NCBI GenBank assembly: GCA_003056085.1
Contig: LSNK01000002.1
Location: 42,485-106,484 of the forward strand
From: Parcubacteria group bacterium M6-OD1-1
GTDB lineage: Bacteria; Patescibacteriota; Minisyncoccia; GWC2-36-17; M10-OD1-4
Length of the DNA stretch: 64,000 bases
Direction: 5' to 3'
The notes beneath the pieces are model-generated. The model did no database searches and had not been told where the DNA came from. It saw only the letters and a program-made list of their open reading frames with translations. How positions within the stretch are numbered: the first letter of the stretch is position 1; every line of letters starts with the position of its first letter. Shown here piece by piece: positions 49,269 to 59,418 of this stretch. A program made the translations under genes and the position numbers.

Positions 49269-49994
49269 TTAATAAATAAACTCTTGAATGACATCGGAAG
49301 AAACTGCAAAGACATAACCTTCTGAATTAGCGAAGTTTATTCCCAAGACATTACCGCTTACATCTAAAAGAGGCGTTCCTGATGCCAAGTTAAGATCTTC
49401 TTTGATTGAAGTTTCTATTATGGAGTTGTCTATACTTTTTAAAATTCCCGCATTTACAAAATTAATATTTCCCTTTGACCCATTTTTATTTCCTATTAAA
49501 ATTACCTTATTTCCTAATGATATTTCCGTTATATTTTTAAAGGAAACGACAGGAAAATTTGAAGCATCTGTTTTTAATAAAACCAAACCGCGGTCATCTA
49601 ATTTTTTATAAATTTTAGCGGAAAAAATTTCCCCTTTACGCTGAATGGTTATTTCATCTCCGGGATTTGCCACAACTTCCCTTCTCGTTAAGACAAGTCC
49701 GTCTGAACTAACGATAAAGCCCGTTCCTTCAGATAAAAACTTTTTATTTTTAAAAGTTTTTATAAGCACTAAAGATTCTATGTTTTTTTGAATAATGCTA
49801 TTTAGAATCTCTGACTCTTCTATTTTTATTTCTTCGGTTTTATTTACAATAACTGTTTTGTCCCCTATGCCAAAATCTACTCCGGAAAAAATACTTAAAT
49901 TGGAAATTTTGGGCAATAAAATATTGGAGAATACAACCCCTCCAAAACCGCCTAAAATAAAGATTAAAATTAAATTCAATATATTTTTTTTCAT
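49269..49994 (-). CDS. HtrA/trypsin-like protease-fold protein with degenerate active site
   Basis: N-terminal TM; GTGFIVSSDGLVLT and SGTPLLDVSGNVLGIN motifs. Confidence 0.8.
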   Translation of the reverse strand: MKKNILNLILIFILGGFGGVVFSNILLPKISNLSIFSGVDFGIGDKTVIVNKTEEIKIEESEILNSIIQKNIESLVLIKTFKNKKFLSEGTGFIVSSDGLVLTRREVVANPGDEITIQRKGEIFSAKIYKKLDDRGLVLLKTDASNFPVVSFKNITEISLGNKVILIGNKNGSKGNINFVNAGILKSIDNSIIETSIKEDLNLASGTPLLDVSGNVLGINFANSEGYVFAVSSDVIQEFIY

Positions 49995-50062
49995 AAGATT
50001 TAAAATACAATACTTGTCTTTGAGTTGTAAAGTTAAATATTTAATTTTTCAGTTTAAAACTA

Positions 50063-50767
50063 CTACATTAATAATAGTTTAACTGTAATAAATATTGCAG
50101 TTAAAATCAACAGTAAAAAGGAGAGAACAAAATACATAGACTTTTTAGTTAAGCTTCCTGAGAAGTATCTTATGGTTATATCCCAAATTGTATAATAGAC
50201 AAGAAAAACTATAAACCCTGCAGTTATAAAATTGAAAGGAAGCTTTGAAACCAACCAATAAAATTCCAGCATTACTATTCCTAAAATAATAGAGAAATAA
50301 AAAAGTCTGAGTTTTAAGGAAAATGTTAATTTGAGTACAGCTGAGGATGAGGAAAAAAATAAGGAAAAAGATAATAAAAAAACGAGAGGAAGAATAAGCC
50401 AATAAGGAATTCCGTATAAGGCATGGAAAGTAAATAAAATGGATACGGCTAATATAAATTGGGCAAATGAAATTATTATTAAATGGGATTTTTTAACTTT
50501 TGGATTAAATAAAAGATAAAAGGCCAATGAGGAGATCAATGCGATGAAGTGTTCCGCCTGTTCGCCTCCAACTAAATAAATCAACGGAAATTGAATTATC
50601 GGGATTAAAGAAACTATAGTAACTATAGATGCTTTTTTTATAAAATACCAAGAAACTATTAATGCAAATAAAAAAGTTGGGGCAAAAAACCATAAAAAAT
50701 AACCATCTTTTAAAATAAAGATTTCTGATAAAATAAAAAATATTAAAGCAAGAACTATATTTCGCAT
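50063..50767 (-). CDS. Hypothetical multi-pass membrane protein
   Basis: Almost entirely hydrophobic segments. Confidence 0.75.
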   Translation of the reverse strand: MRNIVLALIFFILSEIFILKDGYFLWFFAPTFLFALIVSWYFIKKASIVTIVSLIPIIQFPLIYLVGGEQAEHFIALISSLAFYLLFNPKVKKSHLIIISFAQFILAVSILFTFHALYGIPYWLILPLVFLLSFSLFFSSSSAVLKLTFSLKLRLFYFSIILGIVMLEFYWLVSKLPFNFITAGFIVFLVYYTIWDITIRYFSGSLTKKSMYFVLSFLLLILTAIFITVKLLLM

Positions 50768-50850
50768 TGTTTTATAAATTACTTGGAGCCTGTAAGATGT
50801 GTCTTTTTATAGAATAATTTAAATTGCAAAATTTTATAATTTAAAACTCA

Positions 50851-52020
50851 TTATCTTCTTAAATTTTCTACCGTCTTTTTTAAGATATCCACTGTTTTTT
50901 TAATGTCGTCTTCCGTTGTGCTTCTTCCTAAGGTTATCCTTATACTTGATTTTTTTTCCTCTTCCGGAAGACCTAAAGCGGAAAGCACATGAGACGTTTT
51001 TAAAGCTTTGGAATAGCAGGCGGCACCGGCAGATACTGCAATACCTAAAATATCTAAAGCAACTACAAGATCCTCTCTATCCACACCTAAAAAAGAAACA
51101 TTCAAGTTGTGGTGAATTCTTTTTTTCATACTTCCGTTTATCTTTGAATTTTCAATACTTTTTAAAATTTCTTCTGCAAGCTTATCTCTTAAAAAAGAAA
51201 TTTTTTCTATATTTTTTCTTTCTTTTTCTATAATCTCCAAAGCAGCGCCAACGCCTACTATGGCCGGTATATTTTCGGTTCCCGATCTCACGCCCGCTTC
51301 TTGCTTACTGCCTAAAATTAAAGGTTCTATCTCTGCTCCTTTTTTAACAAATAAAATACCGACACCTTTCGGTCCATAAACTTTATGCCCCGAAATAGTG
51401 AGCATATCTACGCCGAGTTCTTTTGTATCGCAATTTAAAAAGTTTGCAGACTGAGCGGCATCTGTGTGAAATAAAATTTCCTTATTATTTTCCTTATTAA
51501 ATTTCCTTATTAATAAGGAAATTTCCTTAATATTTTGAATAGTCCCTATTTCATTGTTTGCATACATAACAGAAACTAAAGCCGTTTCCTCTTTTAAGAG
51601 ATTTTTTAATTCCTCAAGAAGAACAAAGCCTTCTTTTGATACGGGAATAAAATCAGAAGTAATATAGCCCATCTTTGTATAATATTTTATAGGCTCTAAA
51701 ATAGATTCGTGTTCTATGGAAGATGTAATAATATGAGGAATTGCATTTTTATTTTGCTTTCTTATTTTTCTCATAACACCGACAATAGCAAGGTTGTTTG
51801 CTTCGGTGGCTGAGCCTGTAAAAAAAACTTCTTCTTGGTTGCAACTTAAAAATTTAGAGGCTTTTGTGCGAGCTTCATCTATTGCGGACTGCGCCTCCTG
51901 ACCAAAAAAATGAAGCGAGGAAGCATTGCCGTACTTTTCTGAAAAATACGGCATCATCTTTCTTAAAACTTCTTTAGCTGTCGGTGTAGATGCTGAATTG
52001 TCTAAATAAATTCTTTCCAT
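50851..52020 (-). CDS. iscS: Cysteine desulfurase (IscS/NifS group)
   Basis: YLDNSASTP, NNEIGTIQ, SGHKVYGPKGVG and SAGAAC motifs. Confidence 0.93.
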   Translation of the reverse strand: MERIYLDNSASTPTAKEVLRKMMPYFSEKYGNASSLHFFGQEAQSAIDEARTKASKFLSCNQEEVFFTGSATEANNLAIVGVMRKIRKQNKNAIPHIITSSIEHESILEPIKYYTKMGYITSDFIPVSKEGFVLLEELKNLLKEETALVSVMYANNEIGTIQNIKEISLLIRKFNKENNKEILFHTDAAQSANFLNCDTKELGVDMLTISGHKVYGPKGVGILFVKKGAEIEPLILGSKQEAGVRSGTENIPAIVGVGAALEIIEKERKNIEKISFLRDKLAEEILKSIENSKINGSMKKRIHHNLNVSFLGVDREDLVVALDILGIAVSAGAACYSKALKTSHVLSALGLPEEEKKSSIRITLGRSTTEDDIKKTVDILKKTVENLRR

Positions 52021-52045
52021 AATAAGATAACTTCTAATGCTTAAA

Positions 52046-52720
52046 TTAGAATAATGAGTAATTTCTGTTTTGTGTATCTTCTTGAGAAATTATAGTTTCT
52101 TTTTCCGGTTCGTTACTTGATTTGTCTGATAAATTATTTTCATTGATTATTGTTTTGCGATTAAAGTCATAATCATAATCCTCCCAATAAACAGGGAAAG
52201 ACAACTTCTCATCACTTCCCTTTTCGTTGTAAAAAAGTTTTTCATATTTTCTGCCGTAATCAAAAAGATCTCTTGTTATTCTAACATCATCTTGGCAATA
52301 ACTTTTTAATTCGTTCATCCTTCCTTCTCTAAAATATTTTATGGCATCAAGTCCGTGCCCACTCTTTTTTACTCCTAATGTTGTCGTTGCTATCGCGTTA
52401 AGCGAAAGCCTATGCCCTAAAACATTAGCAGCGTCTTCCATGATGTCACAGGAAGGTACTTTTTTTAGATCAACCTCTTTAAGATACGGCTGAAGCACCG
52501 CGTAGTCAAAATATTTTGTATTGAATCCAATAACCAAAGCGGAGTCTTTTATCATCTTTTCCAACTCTCCCATATCTTTTTCTTCTATCATAAAAAACTT
52601 ATCTTTTTTATAAGAATATACTCCGGCAACCGAAATTTTTAAAAGATGAGGGTATGCCCTACCCCCAACATCATCAAACGAGTTTTGTGTTTCTAAGTCT
52701 ATAACTAAATAATCTTTCAT
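52046..52720 (-). CDS. RNase H-like (YprB-type/DEDD) exonuclease-domain protein
   Basis: IDLETQ, GFN..FD and YCQDDVRIT motifs. Confidence 0.85.
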   Translation of the reverse strand: MKDYLVIDLETQNSFDDVGGRAYPHLLKISVAGVYSYKKDKFFMIEEKDMGELEKMIKDSALVIGFNTKYFDYAVLQPYLKEVDLKKVPSCDIMEDAANVLGHRLSLNAIATTTLGVKKSGHGLDAIKYFREGRMNELKSYCQDDVRITRDLFDYGRKYEKLFYNEKGSDEKLSFPVYWEDYDYDFNRKTIINENNLSDKSSNEPEKETIISQEDTQNRNYSLF

Positions 52721-52730
52721 AAAAAAAATT

Positions 52731-52800
52731 AAGAATTAGGAGTTAAGAATCAAGTACGCCACTATATGTTTTACTTCTCAATTCTTAACTCCTAATTCTT
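52731..52800. repeat. 20-bp inverted repeat built from heptamer units
   Basis: AAGAATTAGGAGTTAAGAAT-30 nt-ATTCTTAACTCCTAATTCTT. Confidence 0.85.
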
Positions 52801-52804
52801 CGTA

Positions 52805-53032
52805 TTACTTATGCTTCTTTTTTATCTCAATAATCTTATTTTCAATCTTTTCTATATATTTTTTACACCCTTCTGCTATTGCAATTCCTTTTTCAAACTT
52901 TTCCAATCCGTCTTCCAAAGACAACTTGCCGGATTCAAATTCTTCCGCTATGTCTTCCAGCTCTTTGTATGATTTTGCAAAATTAAAATTCTTTTCTTTG
53001 GAAGATTTTTTGCTGTTTTTGTTTGTTTTCAT
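52805..53032 (-). CDS. xseB: Exodeoxyribonuclease VII small subunit
   Basis: F...KELEDI...ESGKLSLEDGLEKFEKG....C pattern. Confidence 0.92.
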   Translation of the reverse strand: MKTNKNSKKSSKEKNFNFAKSYKELEDIAEEFESGKLSLEDGLEKFEKGIAIAEGCKKYIEKIENKIIEIKKKHK

Positions 53033-53235
53033 AATTTTGTATTTTAAATATTTTCTTTATAACTTTATAATCTACAAATTAATTGTAGTATTTTCTATGA
53101 CATTTATCAACTTTTCAATATTTTATGCAATCTCCAAATAACAATGTTAAACTTTAATATTTTTAAATTACATTTAGATAAATAGATAACTGCCAGATCT
53201 AATTGCTTTGTTGTAAAATTCTAATTTGCCGATGA

Positions 53236-53278
53236 ATTTAACACGATAAAAAGACGACCTCTTTTTATCGTGTTAAAT
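53236..53278. repeat. Perfect palindrome (19-bp arms) with a family-C-like core
   Basis: ATTTAACACGATAAAAAGA-CGACC-TCTTTTTATCGTGTTAAAT. Confidence 0.85.
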
Positions 53279-53415
53279 CTCCAAAGGCTGCACTTTTAAG
53301 AAATTCTCTTTTAAAAAACTGTTTTTTATTTTGATATTTCTTGCTTTGGTTTATTGATTTGCTTCTTGTTATCACCCTTTTTTATATCTAAAATCAAAAA
53401 CTGTCCAATGACACA

Positions 53416-56268
53416 TCAGAGCAGTTTTAGTTTAGTTTTTGTTTTTTGTATTTTATAAATGGTATTTCTATTTTTTTCTCCATCTTGAGACTTTGTGTAT
53501 TTTAAAATTTTATCAAAGCTTATTGATATTTCAGGAGGTGTTGTATCATAAGTTGTTTCTCCGCTTGGTGATGCCGGAATGCTTTTATCTATAACTCCAT
53601 CATTATTAAAGTCAATCTTAAGTTTTGAGTCCTTTAGATTAAGGTTTGGCGTTATGTTTAAAGTTGCTATTGTTGAGCTTGATGTTGGAATGGCTGAGAA
53701 TGTTGTTGATGCTGTTATTGTGTCACCCTCCAGTCTTTCTATGTCTAAGGAGAAGCTTCCTTGTGAGTAGCCTTCTAATTTTAGATACTGAGCTATATTG
53801 GCATCTGCTATTATGTATTTTGTATCACCTATTTCACGATATCTTGTTCCTGGGATATTTTCTTCAACTTTTCCCGTTGTTTTTGAGATGCCTGTGCGGT
53901 TTCCTTGGTTGTCGTAGAGATTAAGAGTTAGGGGAGAATGAAGTTCGTACTTAATGACTGATTTTGAATTTGATGGTTTTATTATTGAAATATAATCTAA
54001 AACTGAACTGATATTTATTATTTTATTTTTAATTAATTGTCTTAATGGATTAATTTCTAAAATATCTCTATGATTTCTAGGGAAATGAACTCCTTTTGGA
54101 GGATTGAATTTATCTAAATCCACCCACCATCTCTCAACGCCAGCAATATTTTTGTTGCTTAAATAATGAGCGCTATCAGAAACCACTGTTCCGTCTCCGT
54201 TTATTGTTTGGACATCTTTAAGTTTCTTTTTTTGTCCATACTCATCACAAACATAAATTTCTTTAAAAAATCTGACTTCTATATGATAGCTTTTACAATA
54301 AATTTCTGATTCATACTTTAGTCCCGCTGTTGTATATTCTCCCCAACCTGCTATTTCTATCACTTTTGTTTTTTTGTTTGGTATCCATAAATCAAGTTTA
54401 TCATGAAACAAATCGGCAGATGAAAGAAGTGTGTCGTTTGCTTTTTCCGGACTATTTAAATCGCTGTAACTTGGCTTTGTTCTACCCTCTACTCCTAAAA
54501 GATAGCCTGTAAGCTTACTGTTGTCATTCACGTAATTTCCATAATTTGAAACCTCATTTGAATAAAGTCCTGAATTATCAAACCATGCTATTGGTATGTT
54601 TTGTGATATGTTTGTAGTGAAATACTCAGATGACGGCAAAAGATTATAAGCTGTTGGCATATTTTGACTTAGGTATCTTGTTTGTTTTTCGTCGGAAATA
54701 AAACCGGTAAATCCTATGTTGGTTCCATGAAGCAGTGTCGCCACAGCCTCGGGAGTGCCGACTTGCGGTGAAGCGACAAGTATAAGCTTATCTATAAGAT
54801 TTCCTTTCCCCTTAAGCTCTAATCTTCTTGTCAGCTCTTTTGCAATAAGTCCTCCATTTGAATGCCCCACTATTATCACTTTTCCGTTTGCTGAAGAGCT
54901 TGCCATACGCATAAGTTCACTTATTATGTATGGAGTTTCACCTGCTGAAAGATTATTTAAATAACTTATATATCCATCTATATTTTTCTTTCCTTTTGTT
55001 AAAATATCATTTACTGAAAGTCTCCAATCATAGGCGATAACAGAATAATCATTTATAATATTTTCTGTATTTTTCCAAAGATTAAGATTATTTAAAAAAG
55101 AATTATATATGTATGAAACTCCAAAAGCTTTATCAAGTACATCTTTTGTAACAATATTATTTATACTTTTACCATTTGGATCTAAATAAAGCCTCTCATT
55201 ATCGCAGTCTGTAAATGGCAGCCAACGTTTAAAATAACTGTTGCCAAAATCATAAACACAGCCTTTTGTGCTAACTTCATAAAGACGACTTCCTGCAACC
55301 CCCGGCAAAAACATCACATTTGAATACCCTGCTTCAAAACCAAGCTCTCCGGTTTCTGGAAGTCTTATCGTTGTTATTCCGTCTGATGCTTCAAAGTGAT
55401 ATTGATATTTCCCTTTTTGTTTTGTACTTTGATATATGTATTGTTCTTTGTTTGTATAGTTGTTGTCATAAAGCCGAGGAGTTGTTGTTGCGTTTAAGTC
55501 TTTTATCATCGGATAAGTTGAGGTTGATGTTCCGTCGCCTATTATTACATTTATGCTTTGTGGAGCTGTGTTGTTTTGACTTTCATAAACTGCTTTAAAT
55601 GTAAAAATTGTTGAGCTTGCTGTTCCTTTATTTGGTTCTATTCCTTGGCTTGTTTGGTCGTTTTGATAGCCTTGTTCTTGTGAATATGCGAAGGTTGGGA
55701 GTGTTTGATTTGTTAGAACTTCAAAGCTTATCATCCCCCAGTTTGTCGGTGGTTGAATGAATGAATTTAAAGTACCGCCGTTTAAAAACCAGTCTTGTAT
55801 GTTTTGTTGTGTCGGGAAAAGACAAAAATCCCCCAAAAAACCGCAGTCTGCTGAGATCTCGTATACGACAACAAAATATTTCCCGTTTTGCGGGAACGAG
55901 CTTAGAGCACTTGCTGTTCCTGAGTTATCTGTTTTTACAGACAAAACAAGCTGTGAGTTATTTAACTCTCCTTTGTATATCTCTGCATAAACTTCTCCTT
56001 GTATATTTTGAGGATATGTAAAATATGCAGACTTTAAAATATTTAGAGGAATGTTGTTTTGGCTTCCTTCTATTATTTGGACATTGTCAAAAGAAAAAGA
56101 AATACTCCAGTTTGGAGCTGGAGTAAGACCTGGTATTATAACTTGAGCATTTGCCGAATTTGAGAGAATTAAAAAACTAAAGAAAAATGATGCAAAGAGA
56201 ATCGCAAAACATGACTTAAACTGCAGTTTTTTGAAGTTTATATTTTTAATATTTTTACTTACTCTCAT
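53416..56268 (-). CDS. Large secreted alpha/beta-hydrolase (LCAT/lipase-like), C-terminus possibly truncated
   Basis: FLPGVAGSRL, YDWR, VGHSNGG, VASPQVGTP and GDGTV motifs; signal peptide. Confidence 0.82.
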   Translation of the reverse strand: MRVSKNIKNINFKKLQFKSCFAILFASFFFSFLILSNSANAQVIIPGLTPAPNWSISFSFDNVQIIEGSQNNIPLNILKSAYFTYPQNIQGEVYAEIYKGELNNSQLVLSVKTDNSGTASALSSFPQNGKYFVVVYEISADCGFLGDFCLFPTQQNIQDWFLNGGTLNSFIQPPTNWGMISFEVLTNQTLPTFAYSQEQGYQNDQTSQGIEPNKGTASSTIFTFKAVYESQNNTAPQSINVIIGDGTSTSTYPMIKDLNATTTPRLYDNNYTNKEQYIYQSTKQKGKYQYHFEASDGITTIRLPETGELGFEAGYSNVMFLPGVAGSRLYEVSTKGCVYDFGNSYFKRWLPFTDCDNERLYLDPNGKSINNIVTKDVLDKAFGVSYIYNSFLNNLNLWKNTENIINDYSVIAYDWRLSVNDILTKGKKNIDGYISYLNNLSAGETPYIISELMRMASSSANGKVIIVGHSNGGLIAKELTRRLELKGKGNLIDKLILVASPQVGTPEAVATLLHGTNIGFTGFISDEKQTRYLSQNMPTAYNLLPSSEYFTTNISQNIPIAWFDNSGLYSNEVSNYGNYVNDNSKLTGYLLGVEGRTKPSYSDLNSPEKANDTLLSSADLFHDKLDLWIPNKKTKVIEIAGWGEYTTAGLKYESEIYCKSYHIEVRFFKEIYVCDEYGQKKKLKDVQTINGDGTVVSDSAHYLSNKNIAGVERWWVDLDKFNPPKGVHFPRNHRDILEINPLRQLIKNKIINISSVLDYISIIKPSNSKSVIKYELHSPLTLNLYDNQGNRTGISKTTGKVEENIPGTRYREIGDTKYIIADANIAQYLKLEGYSQGSFSLDIERLEGDTITASTTFSAIPTSSSTIATLNITPNLNLKDSKLKIDFNNDGVIDKSIPASPSGETTYDTTPPEISISFDKILKYTKSQDGEKNRNTIYKIQKTKTKLKLL

Positions 56269-56280
56269 TGCTTAATCTTT

Positions 56281-57522
56281 TTAATTTTTGATATCAACTA
56301 CTTTTGATGTAAATTTTCCATCGTATAAATTAACACTTACCAAGTCTTTCTTCTTTATATTTTTTATACTTTTAACAACTTTGCCTTTGACTTTAACTAT
56401 ACTATAACCTCTTTTTAAAATCCCGTTTGGGCTTAAGCTGCACAAAAGTCTTGTAATGTCATTTATTTTTGATTTTTGTATTATAAGTCTTTCCTCAAAG
56501 ATTTTCAAATTATATTTTAAAATCCTGTCTATATTTTCTTTATGAGAATTTATTTTCTCTTCAAAGAACTTAAACCCTGAAAGCAGACGCGCATAAGTAT
56601 TTTTAAAATCATTTATTTTGCTTGATAAAAATCTTTCCAATTCAAAAACAAAACCGTTTATCGTTGCTTTCTTTTCGTTTATTAAATTTTCCATTAAAGA
56701 ATTTATTTTATATATTCTCCCATCTATGTGAGTTAAAATATCTTTTCTTTGCGGGGACACGAGTTCAGCTGCATTTGAAGGAGTTGAGGCTCGTAAATCT
56801 GCGACATAATCCGCCAAAGAGACATCTTGCTCATGACCAACCCCGCAAACCACAGGGACCAAGGAACCAAAAACGGCGTAAGCAACTTCCCGAGAATTAA
56901 AAGATTTTAAATCTTCCAAAGAACCTCCTCCTCTTGTTAAAACTATCAAGTCCAACCCTTCTTTTTCCTTATTAAAATATTTAAATGCCTCAACAATTTC
57001 CGTAATAGAATTTTCCCCTTGAACGGAAACATCATAAAGATAAAGCTTCATTCCTCCAAATCTTTCCGAAAGCACTTTTTTAAAGTCCTTGTATGCTGCC
57101 GATTCTTTTGAGGCAATTATTCCTATTTTATTGGGAAATTTAGGAATTTCCCTTTTACGCGATAAGGAAAAAAGTCCTTCCCTTTTAAGCTCCTCTCGTA
57201 AAAGCTCAAAAGCTCTTTTCAAAGCCCCTTCCCCGGAAGCTTCAGCCCATGCAACATTTAAGCTAAACCTGCCTGACTTTGCATGTATTTTCGGTGTCCC
57301 GTAGAGTCTCACTTGCATGCCGTCTTCCAATGGTGTTTTTAGTTGAAATACGGTGGAAAAACAATCCAATACGGAATCTTCATCTTTTATTTTAAAAAAT
57401 ATCCACTTCCCTTGGCTGACTTTATACTCAGAAATTTCCCCTTCCAAAACAGCAGAATAATTGGAAAGTCCTTCATTTAAAATTTCAATATATTGTGTTG
57501 GAGTAAAAACTTTAAATTGCAT
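56281..57522 (-). CDS. xseA: Exodeoxyribonuclease VII large subunit
   Basis: RGGGSLEDL..FN, GVGHEQD and TPSNAAE motifs. Confidence 0.96.
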   Translation of the reverse strand: MQFKVFTPTQYIEILNEGLSNYSAVLEGEISEYKVSQGKWIFFKIKDEDSVLDCFSTVFQLKTPLEDGMQVRLYGTPKIHAKSGRFSLNVAWAEASGEGALKRAFELLREELKREGLFSLSRKREIPKFPNKIGIIASKESAAYKDFKKVLSERFGGMKLYLYDVSVQGENSITEIVEAFKYFNKEKEGLDLIVLTRGGGSLEDLKSFNSREVAYAVFGSLVPVVCGVGHEQDVSLADYVADLRASTPSNAAELVSPQRKDILTHIDGRIYKINSLMENLINEKKATINGFVFELERFLSSKINDFKNTYARLLSGFKFFEEKINSHKENIDRILKYNLKIFEERLIIQKSKINDITRLLCSLSPNGILKRGYSIVKVKGKVVKSIKNIKKKDLVSVNLYDGKFTSKVVDIKN

Positions 57523-57532
57523 TTTGTTTATT

Positions 57533-59326
57533 TTAATTAAGCCCTATATGTAAGTTGTACAACTCATGATAAACGCCCTTTTTTATCTTCATTAATTCGT
57601 TATGACTACCCTCTTCTACTATTCTGCCTTCTTTAAAAACCAAAATTCTATTTGCTTTGCGAACCGTACTTAGACGATGCGCCACTATAAACGTTGTTCT
57701 ACCTTGCATTAATTTTTCAAGAGACTCAGTAATAAATTTTTCTGACTTAGAATCCAAAGCGCTTGTAGGTTCATCCAGTATAAGTATTTTCGGATTTCTT
57801 AAAATTGCCCTTGCTATAGCTATTCTCTGTTTTTGACCAACTGAAAGCTTAACCCCCATATACCCGACCTCTTGATTATATTTTTTTGTAAACTTTTCAA
57901 TAAATACATCAGCGTACGCTTCTTTTGCTGCTTGTTTTATTTCAATAGTTGTGGCTTTAAGATTTCCATACTTTATATTAACTTTTATAGAATCGTTAAA
58001 AAGATCTATCTCTTGCGAAACAACAGCAATATTTTTTCTCAAAAATTTTAAATTTATTTTTCTAATATCTACATCATCTATAAATACATTTCCTTTTTGA
58101 GCAAAATAGTAAGCAGAAATTAATTCTATTAAAGTACTCTTACCTACACCTGATTCTCCAACTAAAGCAATGGTTTCACCTGCAGAAATTTTAAAATTTA
58201 TATTTTTTAAAATATCTCCATCTTTTTTATTATAATGAAAATTAACATTTCTAAACTCAATATCACCTTTTATCTCTTTCATCATTACGGCATTTTCTGG
58301 TTTATACTTCTCGTGACTTATCTGTAATATATTATCTACAGCTTCTAAATCTAATAATCCATTTTGTACAGATTGCCAGTTTTTCCCCAAGATTACAAAT
58401 GGACCGAATATCATAGCGGAGTAACCATTTAAAGTTATGAGTTCTCCTATTGTTATCTCTCCTTTTTGTATTAAAAAGACAGATACTGTAAAAACCAATA
58501 TCTGCGTTACTAATATAACGACTCTTTGATAAAAATCTATATCTGCTCGAAGGTCATTAACTTTATTCCAAGTCTTCCCAGCAATGTTTACAAATTCATT
58601 ATATATTTTTTTAATTTCCCCACCTTCTGTGGTGAATTTTTTTACAGCATCTATATTATCAATGCTCTCATATGATGTATTATGCGCCTTATCCCATGCC
58701 TTATTTCCATCCCTTATTAACGAATCCAAAGAGGTAGACAGTCTGCTTAAAATAAACACATACAAGCCGACAGCGACAATAAAAATAAAACCAACTTCAA
58801 CGCTTATAAAAAAAGAAATGGAAAATCCAATAAATATACTTAAAAACTGTGGTATTAATGGCAATATTGTATTGTCTACTATGCTATCTAAAGAACTTGC
58901 ACCTCTATTTATCTTTTCATGCATCTCGCCAATTTTTTTACCAGAATGAAAACTCATCGGTAATCTTAGAAGATGAGATTTAATCTTTACTAAATACATT
59001 GTATACAAAACCATTGCCAGTTGCTGGCTTTTTTTAGAATTTATCCAATCAACGAAACTAGCTACCATCTGAACAAATCCAAATAAAACCAATAAGACAG
59101 CCCAGAGGGGTGCTTGTAAGGTGATGCCGGGGAGAACAATATATTGTCCGTTTAAAATAGCATCAAAAAAACTACCGACTATGTATGGTATAGTACCATT
59201 AGCAAGAGCGGACACTACACCTAAAAATGAAAGAAATAATATCTCCTTCCTGTATTTAAGAATAGATCCCATGAGTATCTTAAATCCTTTTTTCTTTATT
59301 TTTTTTATACTTGTTTTATTAGGCAT
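57533..59326 (-). CDS. ABC exporter, fused TMD-NBD
   Basis: GESGVGKS, LSVGQKQR and LDEPTSALD motifs. Confidence 0.93.
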   Translation of the reverse strand: MPNKTSIKKIKKKGFKILMGSILKYRKEILFLSFLGVVSALANGTIPYIVGSFFDAILNGQYIVLPGITLQAPLWAVLLVLFGFVQMVASFVDWINSKKSQQLAMVLYTMYLVKIKSHLLRLPMSFHSGKKIGEMHEKINRGASSLDSIVDNTILPLIPQFLSIFIGFSISFFISVEVGFIFIVAVGLYVFILSRLSTSLDSLIRDGNKAWDKAHNTSYESIDNIDAVKKFTTEGGEIKKIYNEFVNIAGKTWNKVNDLRADIDFYQRVVILVTQILVFTVSVFLIQKGEITIGELITLNGYSAMIFGPFVILGKNWQSVQNGLLDLEAVDNILQISHEKYKPENAVMMKEIKGDIEFRNVNFHYNKKDGDILKNINFKISAGETIALVGESGVGKSTLIELISAYYFAQKGNVFIDDVDIRKINLKFLRKNIAVVSQEIDLFNDSIKVNIKYGNLKATTIEIKQAAKEAYADVFIEKFTKKYNQEVGYMGVKLSVGQKQRIAIARAILRNPKILILDEPTSALDSKSEKFITESLEKLMQGRTTFIVAHRLSTVRKANRILVFKEGRIVEEGSHNELMKIKKGVYHELYNLHIGLN

Positions 59327-59378
59327 TTCAAATATTTAAATATCTTATTCATTTTATTCTAACATATAAAAAAGAAAT

Positions 59379-59414
59379 AAAGCCCAAAAAATACAATTGT
59401 ATTTTTTGGGCTTT
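59379..59414. terminator. Loopless 36-bp palindrome, probable terminator
   Basis: AAAGCCCAAAAAATACAA|TTGTATTTTTTGGGCTTT. Confidence 0.7.
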
Positions 59415-59418
59415 GGGT

